Numbered from the stretch's first letter, positions 1 to 10,635 are shown. The stretch: DNA of 64,000 bases from Proteiniphilum sp. (GCA_036733365.1 DAINAS010000006.1:26666-90665); one strand, 5' to 3'. Translations and numbers: made by a program. The notes: generated by a model from the letters alone, not told the origin.

Positions 1-55
1 ATTAATCTGGTTGCTAAAAATCTGTGACAAAGATAGGAGATTATTTTTTATTTTT

Positions 56-643
56 TCAAAAACGCTTCAACTCGCGGTACACTTTGTAAATGGGAAAACC
101 CATCACGTTGAAATAAGAGCCCTCGATCTTTTCCACACCTACGTAACCAATCCACTCCTGCACCCCATAAGATCCGGCCTTGTCTCGTGGGTTGTAACAA
201 TCGAGATAATAATCAATCTCCTGATCGGACAGATCACCAAAGGTTACCCAGGCTGTTTCAGAAAAGGAGTGAGATTTCTCTCTCGAGGAGAGGCAGACAC
301 CGGTAATCACCCTGTGTCGTTTACCGGAGAGCATTCGCAGCATCCGGCGGGCATCCTCTCTGTCGTCAGGTTTACCCAGTATCAACCCGTTCAACAGGAC
401 CACCGTATCGGCAGTGATCAGCAATTCATCCTCCTTCAATGCGTCGGTGTATGCTGTAGCCTTCTTGCGTGCAAGGTACTCCGCCACCTCTTCGCGTGGC
501 AGATCATCGGGAAACGACTCATCAACATCGGGCAGGGTACGCAATTCATATTCCTGGTCGATACCAGAGAGTAGCTCCTGTCTTCTGGGTGAGGCAGATG
601 CCAATATGACCTTATAGTTGGTGATCTTCAACTGTTGTTTCAT
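56..643 (-). CDS. maf: Maf-like nucleoside triphosphate pyrophosphatase (septum formation protein Maf)
   Basis: 195 aa ORF. N-terminal ILASASPRRQELL motif and overall Maf-like sequence and length. Confidence 0.85.
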   Translation of the reverse strand: MKQQLKITNYKVILASASPRRQELLSGIDQEYELRTLPDVDESFPDDLPREEVAEYLARKKATAYTDALKEDELLITADTVVLLNGLILGKPDDREDARRMLRMLSGKRHRVITGVCLSSREKSHSFSETAWVTFGDLSDQEIDYYLDCYNPRDKAGSYGVQEWIGYVGVEKIEGSYFNVMGFPIYKVYRELKRF

Positions 644-791
644 TCAAATGAAAACTTTTGTGGTGCACTTTTTTTAATTCGGGGCGAAAGATACAAAAAA
701 TATTGCATCGCACTCACCACCACATTACACTGTAAACTGACATCGAATCAGTGTCCCTGCTTTGTTGTTTTGCTTTCAGACAAATCGTTTC

Positions 792-799
792 TATCTTTG
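792..799 (+). promoter_or_regulatory. Bacteroidota -7 promoter box TATCTTTG (comB-like gene)
   Basis: Exact TAnnTTTG match 19 nt upstream of ATG 818. Confidence 0.45.
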
Positions 800-817
800 C
801 ATTCAAACTTCAATGGT

Positions 818-1534
818 ATGATCATCGACATTGCCCCATCTCCCGCCCTCTACCCTTACTACCGGAAAGAAAATGACACCGTGATTGTGGTCGATATCTT
901 TCGCGCATCAACCACCATGTGCCGCATGCTCCACAACGGTGCCACAGCAATCATCCCCGTGGCAGAGATTGAGGAGGCAAAGCGTTACAAGAACGATGGA
1001 TACCTGGTGGGTGCAGAACGCCATACGCGAAAGTGTGACTTTGCCGACTTTGGCAACTCACCCTTCGATTACACTCCTGAGAGGGTAGCAGGGAGAGAGG
1101 TTGTCTTCACCACCACCAACGGCACAATGGCCATCAGTGAGGGTGCAAACGCACAGGAGCTGTTGATAGGATCCTTCTCGAACATCGGGGCGTTAAGCCA
1201 CTACTGCATCGAACATGCAGAGCGTATTGTAGTACTCTGTGCGGGATGGAACAACCGGATCAACCTGGAAGATATGCTCTTTGGGGGTGCTCTCCTGGAA
1301 CGTCTCTCAGCCAGCGGAAAGGTCACCATCGGGTCTGATGCGGTGAGGGTAGCCCAACTGTTGTGGTTGCAAGCGAAAGCAGATCCGATGGGTTTTCTAA
1401 AGAACAGTGAGCACTACGGACGGCTCCTGGCCAACGGTGCGGAAGGAGATGCTGCCTACTGCCTGAGTAGCGACACTCTTGAGGTAGTGCCACTCTACAA
1501 CCGCACAGACAAAAAAATAAGGGTCTTCCGCTAA
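818..1534 (+). CDS. comB: 2-phosphosulfolactate phosphatase family protein (ComB-like)
   Basis: VVDIFRASTT motif typical of the ComB family. Start trimmed to ATG 818 (MIIDIAPSP), 19 nt downstream of a TATCTTTG box; the upstream ORF extension is low-complexity. Confidence 0.7.
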   Translation: MIIDIAPSPALYPYYRKENDTVIVVDIFRASTTMCRMLHNGATAIIPVAEIEEAKRYKNDGYLVGAERHTRKCDFADFGNSPFDYTPERVAGREVVFTTTNGTMAISEGANAQELLIGSFSNIGALSHYCIEHAERIVVLCAGWNNRINLEDMLFGGALLERLSASGKVTIGSDAVRVAQLLWLQAKADPMGFLKNSEHYGRLLANGAEGDAAYCLSSDTLEVVPLYNRTDKKIRVFR

Positions 1535-1543
1535 GGAAATCCC

Positions 1544-1951
1544 TTATTCATCCCAATTGAAGAGGTCTTCAGGAATGTTGTCGGCAAACTGGTCCAGGTC
1601 GCGCCTTTCCTTCTTGGTGGGACGTCCCGTACCGCGTTGTCGGTCTACAAACCCGCTAATCCGGTTAAGCTCCAACAACTCATACTGCTCCTGAGGAGTT
1701 ACGTTCTCCATATACTCCGGTACCAATCTCGCTCCCATGCGTTTTTCCGCAAGAGCTAACACCTTGAAGGAATAAGTCACGGGAGGCTTCTTCACTTTGA
1801 TTACCTCCCCCACCCTGACATTCCTGGAAGGCTTCACCCCTGTCTCTCCAATCAGAACCCTCCCCTTTTTGCAGGCCTCTGAGGCGACTGTCCGCGTCTT
1901 GAAGATGCGAACCGCCCAAAGCCATTTATCAATGCGCACTTCATCCATCAT
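1544..1951 (-). CDS. hslR: S4-domain RNA-binding protein, Hsp15-like
   Basis: RIDKWLWAVRIFKTRTVASEACKKGRV S4 motif; 135 aa; sits next to pth as in many bacteria. Confidence 0.7.
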   Translation of the reverse strand: MMDEVRIDKWLWAVRIFKTRTVASEACKKGRVLIGETGVKPSRNVRVGEVIKVKKPPVTYSFKVLALAEKRMGARLVPEYMENVTPQEQYELLELNRISGFVDRQRGTGRPTKKERRDLDQFADNIPEDLFNWDE

Positions 1952-1959
1952 TCAACAGC

Positions 1960-2520
1960 TTACTTATTGTTGTATTGATTCATTGTGTTGTTGATGCCGG
2001 CCAGACAAAAATTCCGGATCATATCCCCCGCTGTTTCAATACGTTCCGGCAACAGCAACTGTTCCTCCGGGGAAAAGGGCTCAAGCACATAATCCACCTG
2101 TCGGCCACGTGGAAAATCATTCCCAATACCGAACCGCAGTCGTGGGTAATCCTGCCCTATCAACTCCTGAATATGCTTCAACCCATTGTGTCCCGCATCA
2201 CTACCTTTTGCTTTGAGACGCAATGTCCCAAAAGGAAGCGCCAGATCGTCCACCACCACCAGCAGCTGATGGTTGTCGATTTTCTCCTTCTGCAGCCAAT
2301 AACGGATTGCATTCCCGCTCAGGTTCATAAAGGTGGAGGGTTTAAGCAACAGCAACATCTTGTTACGTAACCGCATCTCAGCAACAAAGCCGTAACGGCG
2401 ATCCTCAAAAACAGCATTGGACGCTTTTGCTAAAGCGTCCAACACCATAAAACCTATATTGTGGCGGGTTTGCTCATAATCAGGTCCGATGTTGCCCAAT
2501 CCCGCAATCAAATATTTCAT
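1960..2520 (-). CDS. pth: peptidyl-tRNA hydrolase
   Basis: [24 protein letters not shown] signature. Start trimmed to ATG 2520, giving 186 aa. Confidence 0.9.
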   Translation of the reverse strand: MKYLIAGLGNIGPDYEQTRHNIGFMVLDALAKASNAVFEDRRYGFVAEMRLRNKMLLLLKPSTFMNLSGNAIRYWLQKEKIDNHQLLVVVDDLALPFGTLRLKAKGSDAGHNGLKHIQELIGQDYPRLRFGIGNDFPRGRQVDYVLEPFSPEEQLLLPERIETAGDMIRNFCLAGINNTMNQYNNK

Positions 2521-2536
2521 CACATACCTCGTTAGG

Positions 2537-3115
2537 TTACTGCGCCTTGGCGGCGGCACCTCTTGCTGCACGTGTCAGCTGTACTCTACATACCACTGCA
2601 TTCTTGGCACTGAGAATCTCAAGGTTCTCGAAGTTGAGATCACCTACCTGAATTGATTTACCCAACTCCAGCTTCTCAACATTCACCACCAATTCTTCCG
2701 GCAGATGAGCAGGCAACGCCTTCACCTTCAATTTGCGGCTGTCGAGCGAGAGCTTACCACCGGCCTTCACACCTTCAGCCAATCCTTCAAGTCGTACCGG
2801 AATCTCAATCACAACCGGTGCATTTTCAAATACATGGAGGAAATCGATATGCAGGATGCTGTCTTTCACCGGGTGAAATTGAATCTCCTTTACGATTCCC
2901 ATCAGCTTCTTTGCTCCCAGGTCGAGGTTCACCAGATACACTTCGGGAGTATAAATCAGATTGCGTACATCGCTGTTCTTCACGACAAAGTTGAGATTTT
3001 CGCCGTCATGACCACCATAAACCACACAAGGGATCAGCCCTTCGCTACGGAAAGCCCTGGCCGCTTTTTTTCCGAAATCATCTCTGACTTCGCCTTTTAA
3101 TTCAAATGTTTTCAT
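2537..3115 (-). CDS. rplY: 50S ribosomal protein L25 / general stress protein Ctc
   Basis: [11 protein letters not shown]...PCVVYGG N-terminus typical of L25/Ctc, 192 aa. An in-frame upstream ATG at 3175 would add 20 atypical residues. Confidence 0.85.
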   Translation of the reverse strand: MKTFELKGEVRDDFGKKAARAFRSEGLIPCVVYGGHDGENLNFVVKNSDVRNLIYTPEVYLVNLDLGAKKLMGIVKEIQFHPVKDSILHIDFLHVFENAPVVIEIPVRLEGLAEGVKAGGKLSLDSRKLKVKALPAHLPEELVVNVEKLELGKSIQVGDLNFENLEILSAKNAVVCRVQLTRAARGAAAKAQ

Positions 3116-3200
3116 TTTTTCAATTGTTGTTTTTGTGTTACTCAAAATAAAGCTGCTTTCTTTATTTCCCATCACACTTGGGAGCTCTCAAAAAGCGGCG

Positions 3201-3208
3201 CAAAGTTA
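3201..3208 (-). promoter_or_regulatory. -7 box TAACTTTG (rplY-pth-hslR transcript)
   Basis: Exact TAnnTTTG on the minus strand in the divergent rplY/nusB intergenic region. Confidence 0.4.
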
Positions 3209-3365
3209 GTGATTTTCTTTTTATTGTGCAATTATTTTTCGGGGGTTCATTTTTTCAACCCGTTAAAGAATCGATTGGAAGATCAGAATAATAAAAAAAA
3301 GAGTTGCTCACTTCATTCGCTCTTTACTTTTCACAATTCCTGCAAGGTAATACCAAAAAAATCAC

Positions 3366-3373
3366 TACTTTTG
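3366..3373 (+). promoter_or_regulatory. -7 box TACTTTTG (nusB)
   Basis: Exact TAnnTTTG about 100 nt upstream of ATG 3477. Confidence 0.4.
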
Positions 3374-3476
3374 CAGTTAGAAATATTGCACAATGCATCA
3401 CCTTTTTCGCTTCGCGATCCACGACTTGAGAAGGGTACATGTTACTGCAACATCATAAAAAAAGCTCATTTAAACA

Positions 3477-4403
3477 ATGATAAACAGAAATTTAATTCGT
3501 ATCCGAATCGTACAGATTGTCTATTCATGGTACCAGAATACGAATAAGGATTTGCGCGGTGCTGAAAAGGAACTCCTTTTCGGTCTGCAAAAATCATATG
3601 ACCTCTATTTCTATTTGCTTTCGCTGATGGTGGAATTGACAAAAGCGTATGAAAGCAGGGTGGAGGCCAAAAAGAACAAGCATCTCCCCTCCTGGGAGGA
3701 TCTCAACCCCAACACCCATCTTATCGACAACAAATTCATGCGGCAGTTGAGCGACAACCGGCAACTTCAGCACCATTTCGCTGAAAGACCAATGGTTTGG
3801 GATGCCGACACCTCTTTTTTGAAAAACCTGCTTGACACCATTCTCGACTCGGACACCTATAAGAATTATATTGAGCTTGCAGCACCCACCTACGAGGAAG
3901 ATCGCGAGTTCTGGAGAAAATGTTTCAAGCAGTATATCTACCTCAATGAGGAGCTCGATGAGATACTGGAGGATGAGTGCATTTATTGGAATGATGATGT
4001 GGAGATCGTCCAGAGCTTTGTCTTGAAAACAATCAAGCGATTCTCGGAGGATGAGGGAGCAGAGCAGCCACTACTGCCCATGTTCAAGGATGAAGAAGAC
4101 CGGGCATTTGCACTGAAATTATTGCATGACACCATTCTCAACGAGGATAAATACAGGAAACTGATAGAGAAGCACACCGAGAAGTGGGATTTCGACCGCA
4201 TCGCTTTCATGGATATGGTCATCATGCAGGTAGCGCTCTCGGAGATCTGTACCTTTGAGTCGATACCGACCAATGTCTCACTCAACGAGTACATCGAGAT
4301 TGCAAAGTCATACAGCACACCCAAGAGCAGCACATTTATCAACGGCATCCTGGATGCGATTGTACAGGAGATAAAAGCAGAAAAAACAATTTTTAAAAAC
4401 TAA
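3477..4403 (+). CDS. nusB: transcription antitermination factor NusB (long Bacteroidota form)
   Basis: NLIRIRIVQIVYSW N-terminus and C-terminal NusB fold motifs (STPKSSTFINGILD); nusB-yajC synteny. Confidence 0.8.
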   Translation: MINRNLIRIRIVQIVYSWYQNTNKDLRGAEKELLFGLQKSYDLYFYLLSLMVELTKAYESRVEAKKNKHLPSWEDLNPNTHLIDNKFMRQLSDNRQLQHHFAERPMVWDADTSFLKNLLDTILDSDTYKNYIELAAPTYEEDREFWRKCFKQYIYLNEELDEILEDECIYWNDDVEIVQSFVLKTIKRFSEDEGAEQPLLPMFKDEEDRAFALKLLHDTILNEDKYRKLIEKHTEKWDFDRIAFMDMVIMQVALSEICTFESIPTNVSLNEYIEIAKSYSTPKSSTFINGILDAIVQEIKAEKTIFKN

Positions 4404-4430
4404 TATTCACACACTTAAAAAATCATTCTC

Positions 4431-4742
4431 ATGAATATTTTATTACAGGCTGCTCAGGGCAGCGGTTTCTCGGGCATGGGCAGCACCCTTTTTATGATGG
4501 TTGCCATCATTGCCGTATTCTATTTCTTCATGATCCGTCCCCAGCAGAAGAAACAGAAAGAGTTGCAAAAAAGTCGCGCTGCGATGAAAGTGGGCGACAA
4601 GGTGGTCACCTCGGGTGGTATCCACGGAAGAATCAAGGAGGTGGGCGAGACTTGGTTCCTCGTAGAGGTTGCCGACGGCGTGAAGATTAAGTTTGAGAAA
4701 GCTTCTGTCTTTGCTTCCTCATCAGATGTGACGACTCCTTAA
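4431..4742 (+). CDS. yajC: preprotein translocase subunit YajC
   Basis: 103 aa with a single TM segment followed by RPQQKKQKE...GDKVVTSGGIHGRI, the canonical YajC motif. Confidence 0.85.
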   Translation: MNILLQAAQGSGFSGMGSTLFMMVAIIAVFYFFMIRPQQKKQKELQKSRAAMKVGDKVVTSGGIHGRIKEVGETWFLVEVADGVKIKFEKASVFASSSDVTTP

Positions 4743-4752
4743 ACATCCGCTC

Positions 4753-5748
4753 ATGGAGGTGAAAGCCATCATTGGAAAATGGAAACCCAAAGCGGCAGCC
4801 TTTTTTTCCACATTCCCGTGGAAGAATATGCTTTTTTTTCTGCTTTTCCTCCTGCTGGCTTTCATCTTCTGGTTGATGCTCTTCTTCCAAAAAGAGAATG
4901 TGGAGGGCACCTATCGCATTCCACTGAAATACCACAACATCCCGCAAGATGTGGTGTTCGACAATCCCCTGCCCGACTATGTGGAGGTGAGTATTACCGA
5001 CAACGGTGCCGCCATCTTCCGCCTCGACCTGAGCAAGAAAGACTCGCTCGAGATCAACGTGGCAGAGCTCACGGAGGAGGGTAATAACACGCTGCAGGGC
5101 GACCAGTACAGGCAGTTGATACGCTCTCGCCTCTTTTCCAGCACCAACATCAGGGGTTATTATCCGATGATCATCAACCTATCCACCTCGAAGCTACAAA
5201 GCAAAGAGCTCAAGGTTGTTTTCGACGGTGAGATTACCACCAGCAGGGCCAACCTCGTGGCCGATAGTGTCACCTTCCTGCCTGAAAAGGTCACGGCCTA
5301 CGGATCACGCGAATCGCTTGGTAAGCTGGAGCATGCCGCCACTGAGTACACGATCTTCAAGAACGTGAAAGCCACCTCACAACTACCGATCCCCATCAAC
5401 AGCGTGGAAGGGATCAAGTTCGTTCCAGATCAGGTGGAAATCTTCATCCCGATTGAGGAGTACACGGAACAAACCTTCGAGGTACCGATCACCGCAACGG
5501 GTCTGCCCGGCAGCCTGGATGTGAAGTTTTTTCCTTCACGAGCCACCGTCTCCTTTTCTGTCACCCTGGAGGAATACCGCAAGATTGCACCCGAAGATTT
5601 TCAGATCAGGCTCAATTACCGCAACTTCCACCGGAACGAAGACGGCAGGGTGGAGCTGCAATTGAGCAAGCGCCCGGAGGCGGCACAGAATGTCCGCATA
5701 TCACCCTCCAGTGTAGAATTTCTCTTTGAAAACAAACCAAATCGATGA
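4753..5748 (+). CDS. YbbR-like domain-containing membrane protein
   Basis: N-terminal TM segment and repeated beta-rich YbbR-like modules; conserved position between yajC and coaE in Bacteroidales (recalled synteny). Confidence 0.55.
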   Translation: MEVKAIIGKWKPKAAAFFSTFPWKNMLFFLLFLLLAFIFWLMLFFQKENVEGTYRIPLKYHNIPQDVVFDNPLPDYVEVSITDNGAAIFRLDLSKKDSLEINVAELTEEGNNTLQGDQYRQLIRSRLFSSTNIRGYYPMIINLSTSKLQSKELKVVFDGEITTSRANLVADSVTFLPEKVTAYGSRESLGKLEHAATEYTIFKNVKATSQLPIPINSVEGIKFVPDQVEIFIPIEEYTEQTFEVPITATGLPGSLDVKFFPSRATVSFSVTLEEYRKIAPEDFQIRLNYRNFHRNEDGRVELQLSKRPEAAQNVRISPSSVEFLFENKPNR

Positions 5749-6338
5749 TCTCTGTTGGCATTACCGGCGGCATCGGAAGTGGCAAATCGGTGGTCAGTGA
5801 GTTGTTCCGTCTGCAAGGCATCCCGGTATTTGACGCCGACAGTGAAGCCAAACAGCTGAACGATACCTCACCGGTCATCCGCAAAGAGCTCACCGCCCTT
5901 TTCGGAAAGGATCTCTATGCAGGAGGTTCACTCAATCGCAAACTGTTGGCGACCCTCATGTTTGGCGACAGGCAAAAGGTGGAGGCGGTAAACGCCATCG
6001 TTCATCCTGTGCTGGCCCAACACTTCATGGATTGGTGCCTCCGCCACCAGAATCATCCGGTCGTGATGATTGAGGCAGCTCTTCTCTTCGAAGCCGGTTT
6101 TATGCGTTATCTCGACAAGGTGATTACCGTCCTTGCTCCTGAAACAATCCGCCTGGCCAGGGTTGCCCAACGTGATCACACCACCAGGGAAGCTGTAAAG
6201 GAGCGCATGAAGCACCAGATGCCGGAGGAGGAGAAATTGGAGCGGTCGGATTATGTGATACGCAACGACGGAAGCCAGTCGCTCATCCTGCAGTCGGCAA
6301 CGATCCTGGAGGACCTTCTACGATTAAAGAAGCAATAA
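5745..6338 (+). CDS. coaE: dephospho-CoA kinase
   Basis: ITGGIGSGKS P-loop at the N-terminus, 197 aa; ATGA overlap with the preceding gene. Confidence 0.85.
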   Translation: MISVGITGGIGSGKSVVSELFRLQGIPVFDADSEAKQLNDTSPVIRKELTALFGKDLYAGGSLNRKLLATLMFGDRQKVEAVNAIVHPVLAQHFMDWCLRHQNHPVVMIEAALLFEAGFMRYLDKVITVLAPETIRLARVAQRDHTTREAVKERMKHQMPEEEKLERSDYVIRNDGSQSLILQSATILEDLLRLKKQ

Positions 6339-6407
6339 GGAGATAACTTACAACCGCTTATCCCAAGGCAACTTCACCAGAAAAATTGTTTTTTGAAAAA
6401 TTAGCAT

Positions 6408-6415
6408 TATCTTTG
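6408..6415 (+). promoter_or_regulatory. -7 box TATCTTTG (small wHTH gene)
   Basis: Exact TAnnTTTG 43 nt upstream of ATG 6458. Confidence 0.4.
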
Positions 6416-6457
6416 CAACATTCAAATTTTAGGTTATTCAAAATAAACAGCAAAGTT

Positions 6458-6655
6458 ATGATTGAGAAAATTGGTATCAACGCCGGTAAAGTATGGACAA
6501 TACTTGATGAAAACGGCCGCCAGAATGTGAAAGAGGTTAAGAAGGCAGCCAAGCTGACCGACAAGGATCTCTACGCTGCCCTCGGATGGTTAGCCAGAGA
6601 AGGCAAAGTGGCGATGGAAGAGGTGGAAAAAGAGATCTTCATCTCGTTGGGTTAA
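6458..6655 (+). CDS. small winged-helix protein (DUF2582-like)
   Basis: 65 aa from ATG 6458 (MIEKIGINAGKVW...LGWLAREGKV). The TATCTTTG box at 6408-6415 lies inside the longer ORF-track version, so the shorter start is preferred. Confidence 0.45.
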   Translation: MIEKIGINAGKVWTILDENGRQNVKEVKKAAKLTDKDLYAALGWLAREGKVAMEEVEKEIFISLG

Positions 6656-6683
6656 AGAAGCTCCACCTTAAAAAAATCAGATC

Positions 6684-6719
6684 AGAGGCTGTCTCAAATA
6701 GAGTCAGCCTCTCTTTTTT
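6684..6719 (+). terminator. intrinsic terminator after the small wHTH gene
   Basis: AGAGGCTG / CAGCCTCT 8-bp stem with a 13-nt loop, followed by TTTTTT. Confidence 0.6.
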
Positions 6720-6780
6720 GTAGAATGGGCGTCATCCTGAAAGAACGTTACTCCAAAAAAGTGAACTTTTCCCAATATTC

Positions 6781-6890
6781 TGGGAAGCTATTCTTTTATT
6801 CTAACCTTATTCCATCTTTATATCCACTCCCATAAATATCGGAGTGGATATAAGGGTGCAATAAGGGTGCAATAAGGCTAGAGCTTCCCA
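6781..6890. repeat. 110-nt imperfect palindrome built from 11-nt modules
   Basis: Arms 6781-6830 and 6841-6890 match at 38 of 50 positions, or 43 of 50 counting plus-strand G.U pairs. The core is a perfect 12-bp hairpin (6819-6830 / 6841-6852). TAAGGGTGCAA occurs twice in tandem at 6851-6872. Confidence 0.8.
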
Positions 6891-6933
6891 AAGCCCATGA
6901 AACTCCCTGTCTCTTCCCTGTCGAGGGATCGGT

Positions 6934-7803
6934 TTACTTCATCTGATCGAATCCTTTGCCATAGACACCCACCACATTGCTTTGTGAGATAAAGGCATTC
7001 TCATCGATTCGTTTTACCAGTCGGAAGATGGAGGTCGATTCGGTCTTGCGCGCCAGGATGATCAGCACCTTCTGCGGTTGCTGGGAATACCAACCAGTTC
7101 CTTCCAGCACGGTACAGCCGCGGTTCAGTTCGGAGTTGACGTGTGAGGCGATCTCATTGTAGCGGGTAGAGAAGATGATGAACTGCACCGACTGACGGGC
7201 ACCGTTGATCACCAGGTCCACGGTGTAATACATCACCGAGACAACGATCAGTCCGTAAATGATCTTCTCAAAGCTCTGGAACAGCAGGTAGGAACTGCCC
7301 ACGATGATCAGGTCGATGTACAGTAAGCCACGTCCCATACTGATGTAGCGATACTTGGTGATGATGGCGCCCAGGATGTCGGTTCCTCCGGTGCTGGCAT
7401 TGCGTGTATAGACCAGCCCAAGGCCTGTGCCACTGAAAACAGCACCGATAATGCTGGCAATCAGTGGGTCGGTATGGATAATCGCCTCGGTGATCAGATT
7501 TTCAGCCACAGCCATCAGCAGGGTCACCCCCACCACTCCATAGAGTGCTTTGAAGACATACCCTTTGCCCAGCACGAACCAGGCCACCACCATCATGAGG
7601 CCGTTCCCCACAAGAAAGGTCATGAAGACCGGCAGCCCGAAAGCGTACTTCATAAGGAGTCCCACACCGCCGAGGCCGCCCACGACAATCTCGTTGGGCA
7701 TGATGAAACCGGTGAAACCAATGGCAAACAGCATCAGTCCTACCGTGATCACAAGGTAATCCTTCCAGTAGAATGATTTGAGATAACGAACCTCTTTGGC
7801 CAT
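6934..7803 (-). CDS. YitT family membrane protein (DUF2179 C-terminal domain)
   Basis: 289 aa with five or more TM helices and a C-terminal soluble domain (LILARKTESTSIFRLVKRIDENAFISQSNV) typical of YitT/DUF2179. Confidence 0.7.
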   Translation of the reverse strand: MAKEVRYLKSFYWKDYLVITVGLMLFAIGFTGFIMPNEIVVGGLGGVGLLMKYAFGLPVFMTFLVGNGLMMVVAWFVLGKGYVFKALYGVVGVTLLMAVAENLITEAIIHTDPLIASIIGAVFSGTGLGLVYTRNASTGGTDILGAIITKYRYISMGRGLLYIDLIIVGSSYLLFQSFEKIIYGLIVVSVMYYTVDLVINGARQSVQFIIFSTRYNEIASHVNSELNRGCTVLEGTGWYSQQPQKVLIILARKTESTSIFRLVKRIDENAFISQSNVVGVYGKGFDQMK

Positions 7804-7850
7804 GAGGAAATCTATTAGTGTGTGATCTTGTTAACGATGGAGGGTGATGC

Positions 7851-10604
7851 TCAGATCACCACATTGACAATCTTCCGGGGGACGATAATCACCTTCTTCG
7901 GCGTTTTCCCTTCCAGCCACTTCTGTGAGCCGGGATGAGCCAATACCGCCTGTTCGATCTCCTCACGGGAGGCATCGGCCGCGAACTCGATCACGAAGCG
8001 CGACTTGCCGTTGAAGGAGATGGCATAAGAGAAGGTATCCTCTTTCAGGTACTCCTCGTTCCATTTTGGCCATACGGCGTCACAGACCGAATTCTGGTTG
8101 CCCAGTGCATGCCACAGCTCTTCCGCAACATGCGGCGCGAAGGGGGCCAGACAGACCACCAGATCGCTCAGCACACTGCGGTTGCGGCATTTCAAAGCTG
8201 TCAGTTCGTTGGCGCAGATCATGAAAGCGGAGACGGAGGTGTTAAAGGAGAACTGTTCGATGTCGGAGGTCACTTTTTTGATCAGCTTGTGCAGTGCCTT
8301 GAGCGCATCGCGCGACGGCTCCTCATCGGTTACTGCAAAGAGCTCTCCCTGGTAAAAAAGGTTCCACACCTTGCGGAGGAAACGATGCACGCCGTCGATC
8401 CCGTTGGTATCCCATGGCTTGGACTGCTCAAGCGGTCCGAGGAACATCTCGTAGAGTCGCAGCGTGTCGGCACCATAACGGGAAACGATGTCATCCGGGT
8501 TCACCACGTTGAACATCGATTTCGACATCTTCTCCACGGCCCAGCCACAGATGTACTTCCCATCCTCGAGGATGAACTCGGCATTTTTGTACTCGGGATT
8601 CCAGTTACGGAACGCCTCAAGGTCGAGGATGTCGTTGTGCACCATGTTCACATCCACATGAATCGGGGTCACCTCATAATCATCTTTCAGGTTGAGTGAC
8701 ACGAAGCGGTTGCTACCCTTGATGCGATAGACAAAGTTGCTGCGTCCCTGAATCATCCCCTGGTTGACCAGTTTCCTGAAGGGTTCTTCCTCACAGGTTG
8801 CACCGATATCGAAAAGGAACTTGTTCCAGAAACGGCTGTATACTAGATGGCCGGTAGCGTGCTCCGTACCTCCTATGTAAAGATCCACGTTACGCCAGTA
8901 GTTGTTGGCCTGTTCTGACACCAGCGCATCTTCGTTGTGGGGATCCATGTAGCGGAGATAGTAGGCCGATGAACCGGCGAAGCCGGGCATGGTGTTCATC
9001 TCCAGGGGGAATCCCTCGCTGGTATGCCAGTTCTTTGCCCGTCCCAGGGGTGGTTCACCTGTTTCGGTGGGCAGGAACTTGTCCACCTCGGGAAGCTCCA
9101 GCGGCAGCTGCTCCTCTGGCAGCGTGTAAGGCATCCCCTCTTTGTAGTAAATGGGGAACGGCTCTCCCCAATAGCGTTGGCGGGAGAAGATGGCATCACG
9201 CAGTCGGTAGTTAACCTTGCGGTATCCGAGGCCCCGCTGTTCCACTGCATCAATAGCCGCTGGGATTGCCTCCTTCACGGTCAGCCCGTTGAGGAAGTCG
9301 GAGTTGATCATCACCCCCTCCTTCGCATCGAAACTCTCTTCAGAAACATCACACCCCTCAATGAGCGGTACGATGGGCAGGTTGAAATGTTTGGCAAAGG
9401 TGTAGTCACGGCTATCGTGTGCCGGCACTGCCATAATGGCTCCGGTACCGTAGCCGGCCAGCACATAGTCTGAGATCCAGATGGGCAGGGGTTCACCCGT
9501 GAAGGGGTGGGCCGCGTAGGCACCTGAGAAGACACCGCTCACCGACCGGTCGGCAATACGTTCCCGCTCGGTTTTCTTTCCTGTTTTCTCAATATATTTC
9601 TTAACGGCATCACGCTGCTCCGGGGTGGTCAGTTGTTCCACCAGCTCACTCTCGGGAGCCAGCACCATGAAGGTGACGCCAAAGATGGTGTCGGCACGGG
9701 TGGTGAAGATGTCGAAGGTGACACCGCTGGTGGTGCTGAAATGCATTACGGCACCCTCGCTGCGGCCAATCCAGTTGCGTTGCGTCTCCTTGAGAGAGTC
9801 ACTCCACGCCACCTTTTCCAGTCCCTCCAGCAGACGGGGAGCGTAAGCAGACACCCGCAGGCACCACTGCCTCATCTTCTTCTGTTCTACGGGATATCCC
9901 CCGCGGATGGAGAGACCTTCGCTCACCTCATCATTGGCCAGCACCGTGCCCAGCTGGGGGCACCAGTTAACCATGGTGTCGCCCAGGTAGGCGATGCGGT
10001 AGTTCATCAATATCTGTTGCTGTTCCTTTTCACTCATGGCATTCCACTCTGCCGCGGTGAAGTTCATCGGTTCACTGCAGGCCAGGTCAAGCCCCTCGCT
10101 ACCCTGCTGTGAAAAAACCTGCTCCAACTCGGCAATGGGTCGTGCCTGGTTGGCCTGATTGCAGTAGTAGGAGTGGAACATACGTATGAAAGCCCACTGG
10201 GTCCACTTGTAGTAGTCGGGATCGCAGGTACGAACCTCCCGGTCCCAGTCGTAGGAAAAGCCAATCTTGTCGAGCTGTTCACGGTAACGGGCAATGTTTT
10301 GCTCGGTAGTGACTGCGGGATGCTGTCCCGTCTGGATGGCATACTGTTCGGCAGGAAGTCCATAGGCGTCGTAGCCCATGGGGTGCAGCACGTTGAAGCC
10401 CTGCAAACGTTTGAATCGGGAAAAGATATCGGATGCGATGTAACCCAGCGGATGCCCCACATGCAGTCCGGCTCCCGACGGATAGGGAAACATGTCGAGC
10501 ACATAGAACTTGGGTTTTGTGCCATCTTCCGTCACCTTGTAGGTCTTATGGTCAGCCCAATATTGCTGCCACCGTTTTTCTATTTCTCCGAAATTGTAGT
10601 CCAT
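7851..10604 (-). CDS. leuS: leucine--tRNA ligase
   Basis: HVGHPLGY (HIGH) and KMSKS motifs, 917 aa from ATG 10604 ([16 protein letters not shown]). TATCTTTG box at 10628-10635. Confidence 0.95.
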   Translation of the reverse strand: MDYNFGEIEKRWQQYWADHKTYKVTEDGTKPKFYVLDMFPYPSGAGLHVGHPLGYIASDIFSRFKRLQGFNVLHPMGYDAYGLPAEQYAIQTGQHPAVTTEQNIARYREQLDKIGFSYDWDREVRTCDPDYYKWTQWAFIRMFHSYYCNQANQARPIAELEQVFSQQGSEGLDLACSEPMNFTAAEWNAMSEKEQQQILMNYRIAYLGDTMVNWCPQLGTVLANDEVSEGLSIRGGYPVEQKKMRQWCLRVSAYAPRLLEGLEKVAWSDSLKETQRNWIGRSEGAVMHFSTTSGVTFDIFTTRADTIFGVTFMVLAPESELVEQLTTPEQRDAVKKYIEKTGKKTERERIADRSVSGVFSGAYAAHPFTGEPLPIWISDYVLAGYGTGAIMAVPAHDSRDYTFAKHFNLPIVPLIEGCDVSEESFDAKEGVMINSDFLNGLTVKEAIPAAIDAVEQRGLGYRKVNYRLRDAIFSRQRYWGEPFPIYYKEGMPYTLPEEQLPLELPEVDKFLPTETGEPPLGRAKNWHTSEGFPLEMNTMPGFAGSSAYYLRYMDPHNEDALVSEQANNYWRNVDLYIGGTEHATGHLVYSRFWNKFLFDIGATCEEEPFRKLVNQGMIQGRSNFVYRIKGSNRFVSLNLKDDYEVTPIHVDVNMVHNDILDLEAFRNWNPEYKNAEFILEDGKYICGWAVEKMSKSMFNVVNPDDIVSRYGADTLRLYEMFLGPLEQSKPWDTNGIDGVHRFLRKVWNLFYQGELFAVTDEEPSRDALKALHKLIKKVTSDIEQFSFNTSVSAFMICANELTALKCRNRSVLSDLVVCLAPFAPHVAEELWHALGNQNSVCDAVWPKWNEEYLKEDTFSYAISFNGKSRFVIEFAADASREEIEQAVLAHPGSQKWLEGKTPKKVIIVPRKIVNVVI

Positions 10605-10627
10605 TCCTAGCCATTTTAAAAAACGGT

Positions 10628-10635
10628 GCAAAGAT
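10628..10635 (-). promoter_or_regulatory. -7 box TATCTTTG (leuS)
   Basis: Exact match on the minus strand 24 nt upstream of ATG 10604. Confidence 0.45.

Noticed and set aside
11-574. 187-aa plus-strand ORF at the window start
   Set aside because: It is entirely antisense to the well-supported maf gene and has no recognisable motifs. It is a typical shadow ORF.
3209-3547. 112-aa plus-strand ORF spanning the rplY/nusB intergenic region
   Set aside because: It covers an AT-rich promoter region including the TACTTTTG box and runs into the nusB start in another frame. The sequence is low-complexity with no family resemblance.
7935-10610. Multiple long plus-strand ORFs (up to 254 aa) inside leuS
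   Set aside because: They are antisense or off-frame shadows of a 917-aa conserved gene, with skewed composition (His/Arg/Gly-rich) and no motifs.
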